Origin: an uncultured bacterium
GTDB taxonomy: Bacteria > Deinococcota > Deinococci > Deinococcales > Trueperaceae
DNA length: 44,815 bases
Direction: 5' to 3'
Assembly: GCA_964550765.1 (NCBI GenBank)
Contig: CAZKAZ010000002.1
Coordinates: 1-44,815, forward strand
Below are positions 44,670-44,815 of this stretch, piece by piece. The notes below the pieces were generated by a model. The model was not told where the DNA came from, ran no database searches, and saw nothing but the letters and a program-made list of their open reading frames with translations. A program made the position numbers and the translations under genes. Every line of letters starts with the position of its first letter. Position 1 is the stretch's first letter.

Positions 44670-44815
44670 GTGCCATACGTCAACATCAAAATTACCAAAG
44701 AAGGGGTAACCAAAGCGCAAAAAGAGGCGTTAATCGCTGGAGCGACCCAGCTTTTGGTCGATGTCCTCGGTAAAAATCCACAAACGACGTTTGTGATTAT
44801 TGAAGAAGTCGATAC
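44670..44815 (+). CDS. 4-oxalocrotonate tautomerase-family protein (partial, continues beyond window)
   Basis: SD GGAGG is 7 nt upstream of GTG. The protein begins (M)PYVNIKITKEGVTKAQKEALIAGATQLLVDVLGKNPQTTFVIIEEVD, with the Pro1 and beta-alpha-beta pattern of the tautomerase superfamily. Confidence 0.6.
   Translation, partial: MPYVNIKITKEGVTKAQKEALIAGATQLLVDVLGKNPQTTFVIIEEVD

Noticed and set aside
1-44815. Cyanobacterial HIP1 (GCGATCGC)
   Set aside because: I searched while evaluating the CTCGAG signal. I found only sporadic partial matches, so the over-represented palindrome is CTCGAG, not HIP1.
1-44815. CRISPR arrays, tRNA/rRNA genes, IS elements/transposases, integrases
   Set aside because: No repeat-spacer arrays are present, and the tandem repeats are 2-4 copies of 11-22 bp. 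No cloverleaf-compatible GTTCGAATCC-type T-arms appear in intergenic DNA. No transposase-like or integrase-like ORFs were seen.

Overview
This 44.8-kb window comes from a GC-rich (roughly 55-58% GC) bacterial chromosome. It carries about 35 protein-coding genes on both strands. I found no rRNA, tRNA, CRISPR array or obvious transposase.

Genes from left to right:
- a circularly permuted ATP-grasp plus alpha-E pair
- a small lower-GC patch with a DUF2256 gene, a BrnT-like toxin, a BrnA-like remnant and an orphan Phd-like antitoxin
- a tandem UspA gene
- a DUF3084-like coiled-coil protein directly abutting an LptB-like ABC ATPase
- a Yip1-family membrane protein with an L7/L12-CTD-like N-terminus
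- a roughly 0.7-kb AT-rich islet encoding a polytopic membrane protein
- an RbsBAC-like sugar ABC importer with an FGGY-family kinase
- aceF and aceE
- a 1.1-kb repeat-rich non-coding leader
- a 15.2-kb operon of three giant secreted or lipid-anchored proteins (1059, 1320 and 2634 aa)
- an NfeD-flotillin pair
- housekeeping genes: PSP1/RicT, pterin dehydratase, a NitT/TauT-type ABC ATPase and permease, an SDR, a TPR-like protein, DprA, a ferredoxin and a partial tautomerase

Two things stand out.

First, the giant-protein operon looks like a non-cellulosomal cohesin-dockerin surface assembly. Gene B carries a textbook dockerin calcium-loop pair and a cohesin-like N-terminal module. Gene A ends in a cohesin-like module. 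Gene C is a Calx-beta / choice-of-anchor-D giant with an unusual C-terminal transmembrane helix, a KRWRR anchor and, in-frame after it, a lipobox-like extension.

Second, the palindromic hexamer CTCGAG is hugely over-represented across the window. I counted about 95 copies by eye against roughly 14 expected. L-E dipeptides are preferentially encoded CTC-GAG. This resembles a HIP-like genome signature. CTCGAG is absent from the AT-rich islet and the toxin-antitoxin patch, consistent with those being recent acquisitions.

All domain calls are by-eye motif recognition and need HMM or structure confirmation.
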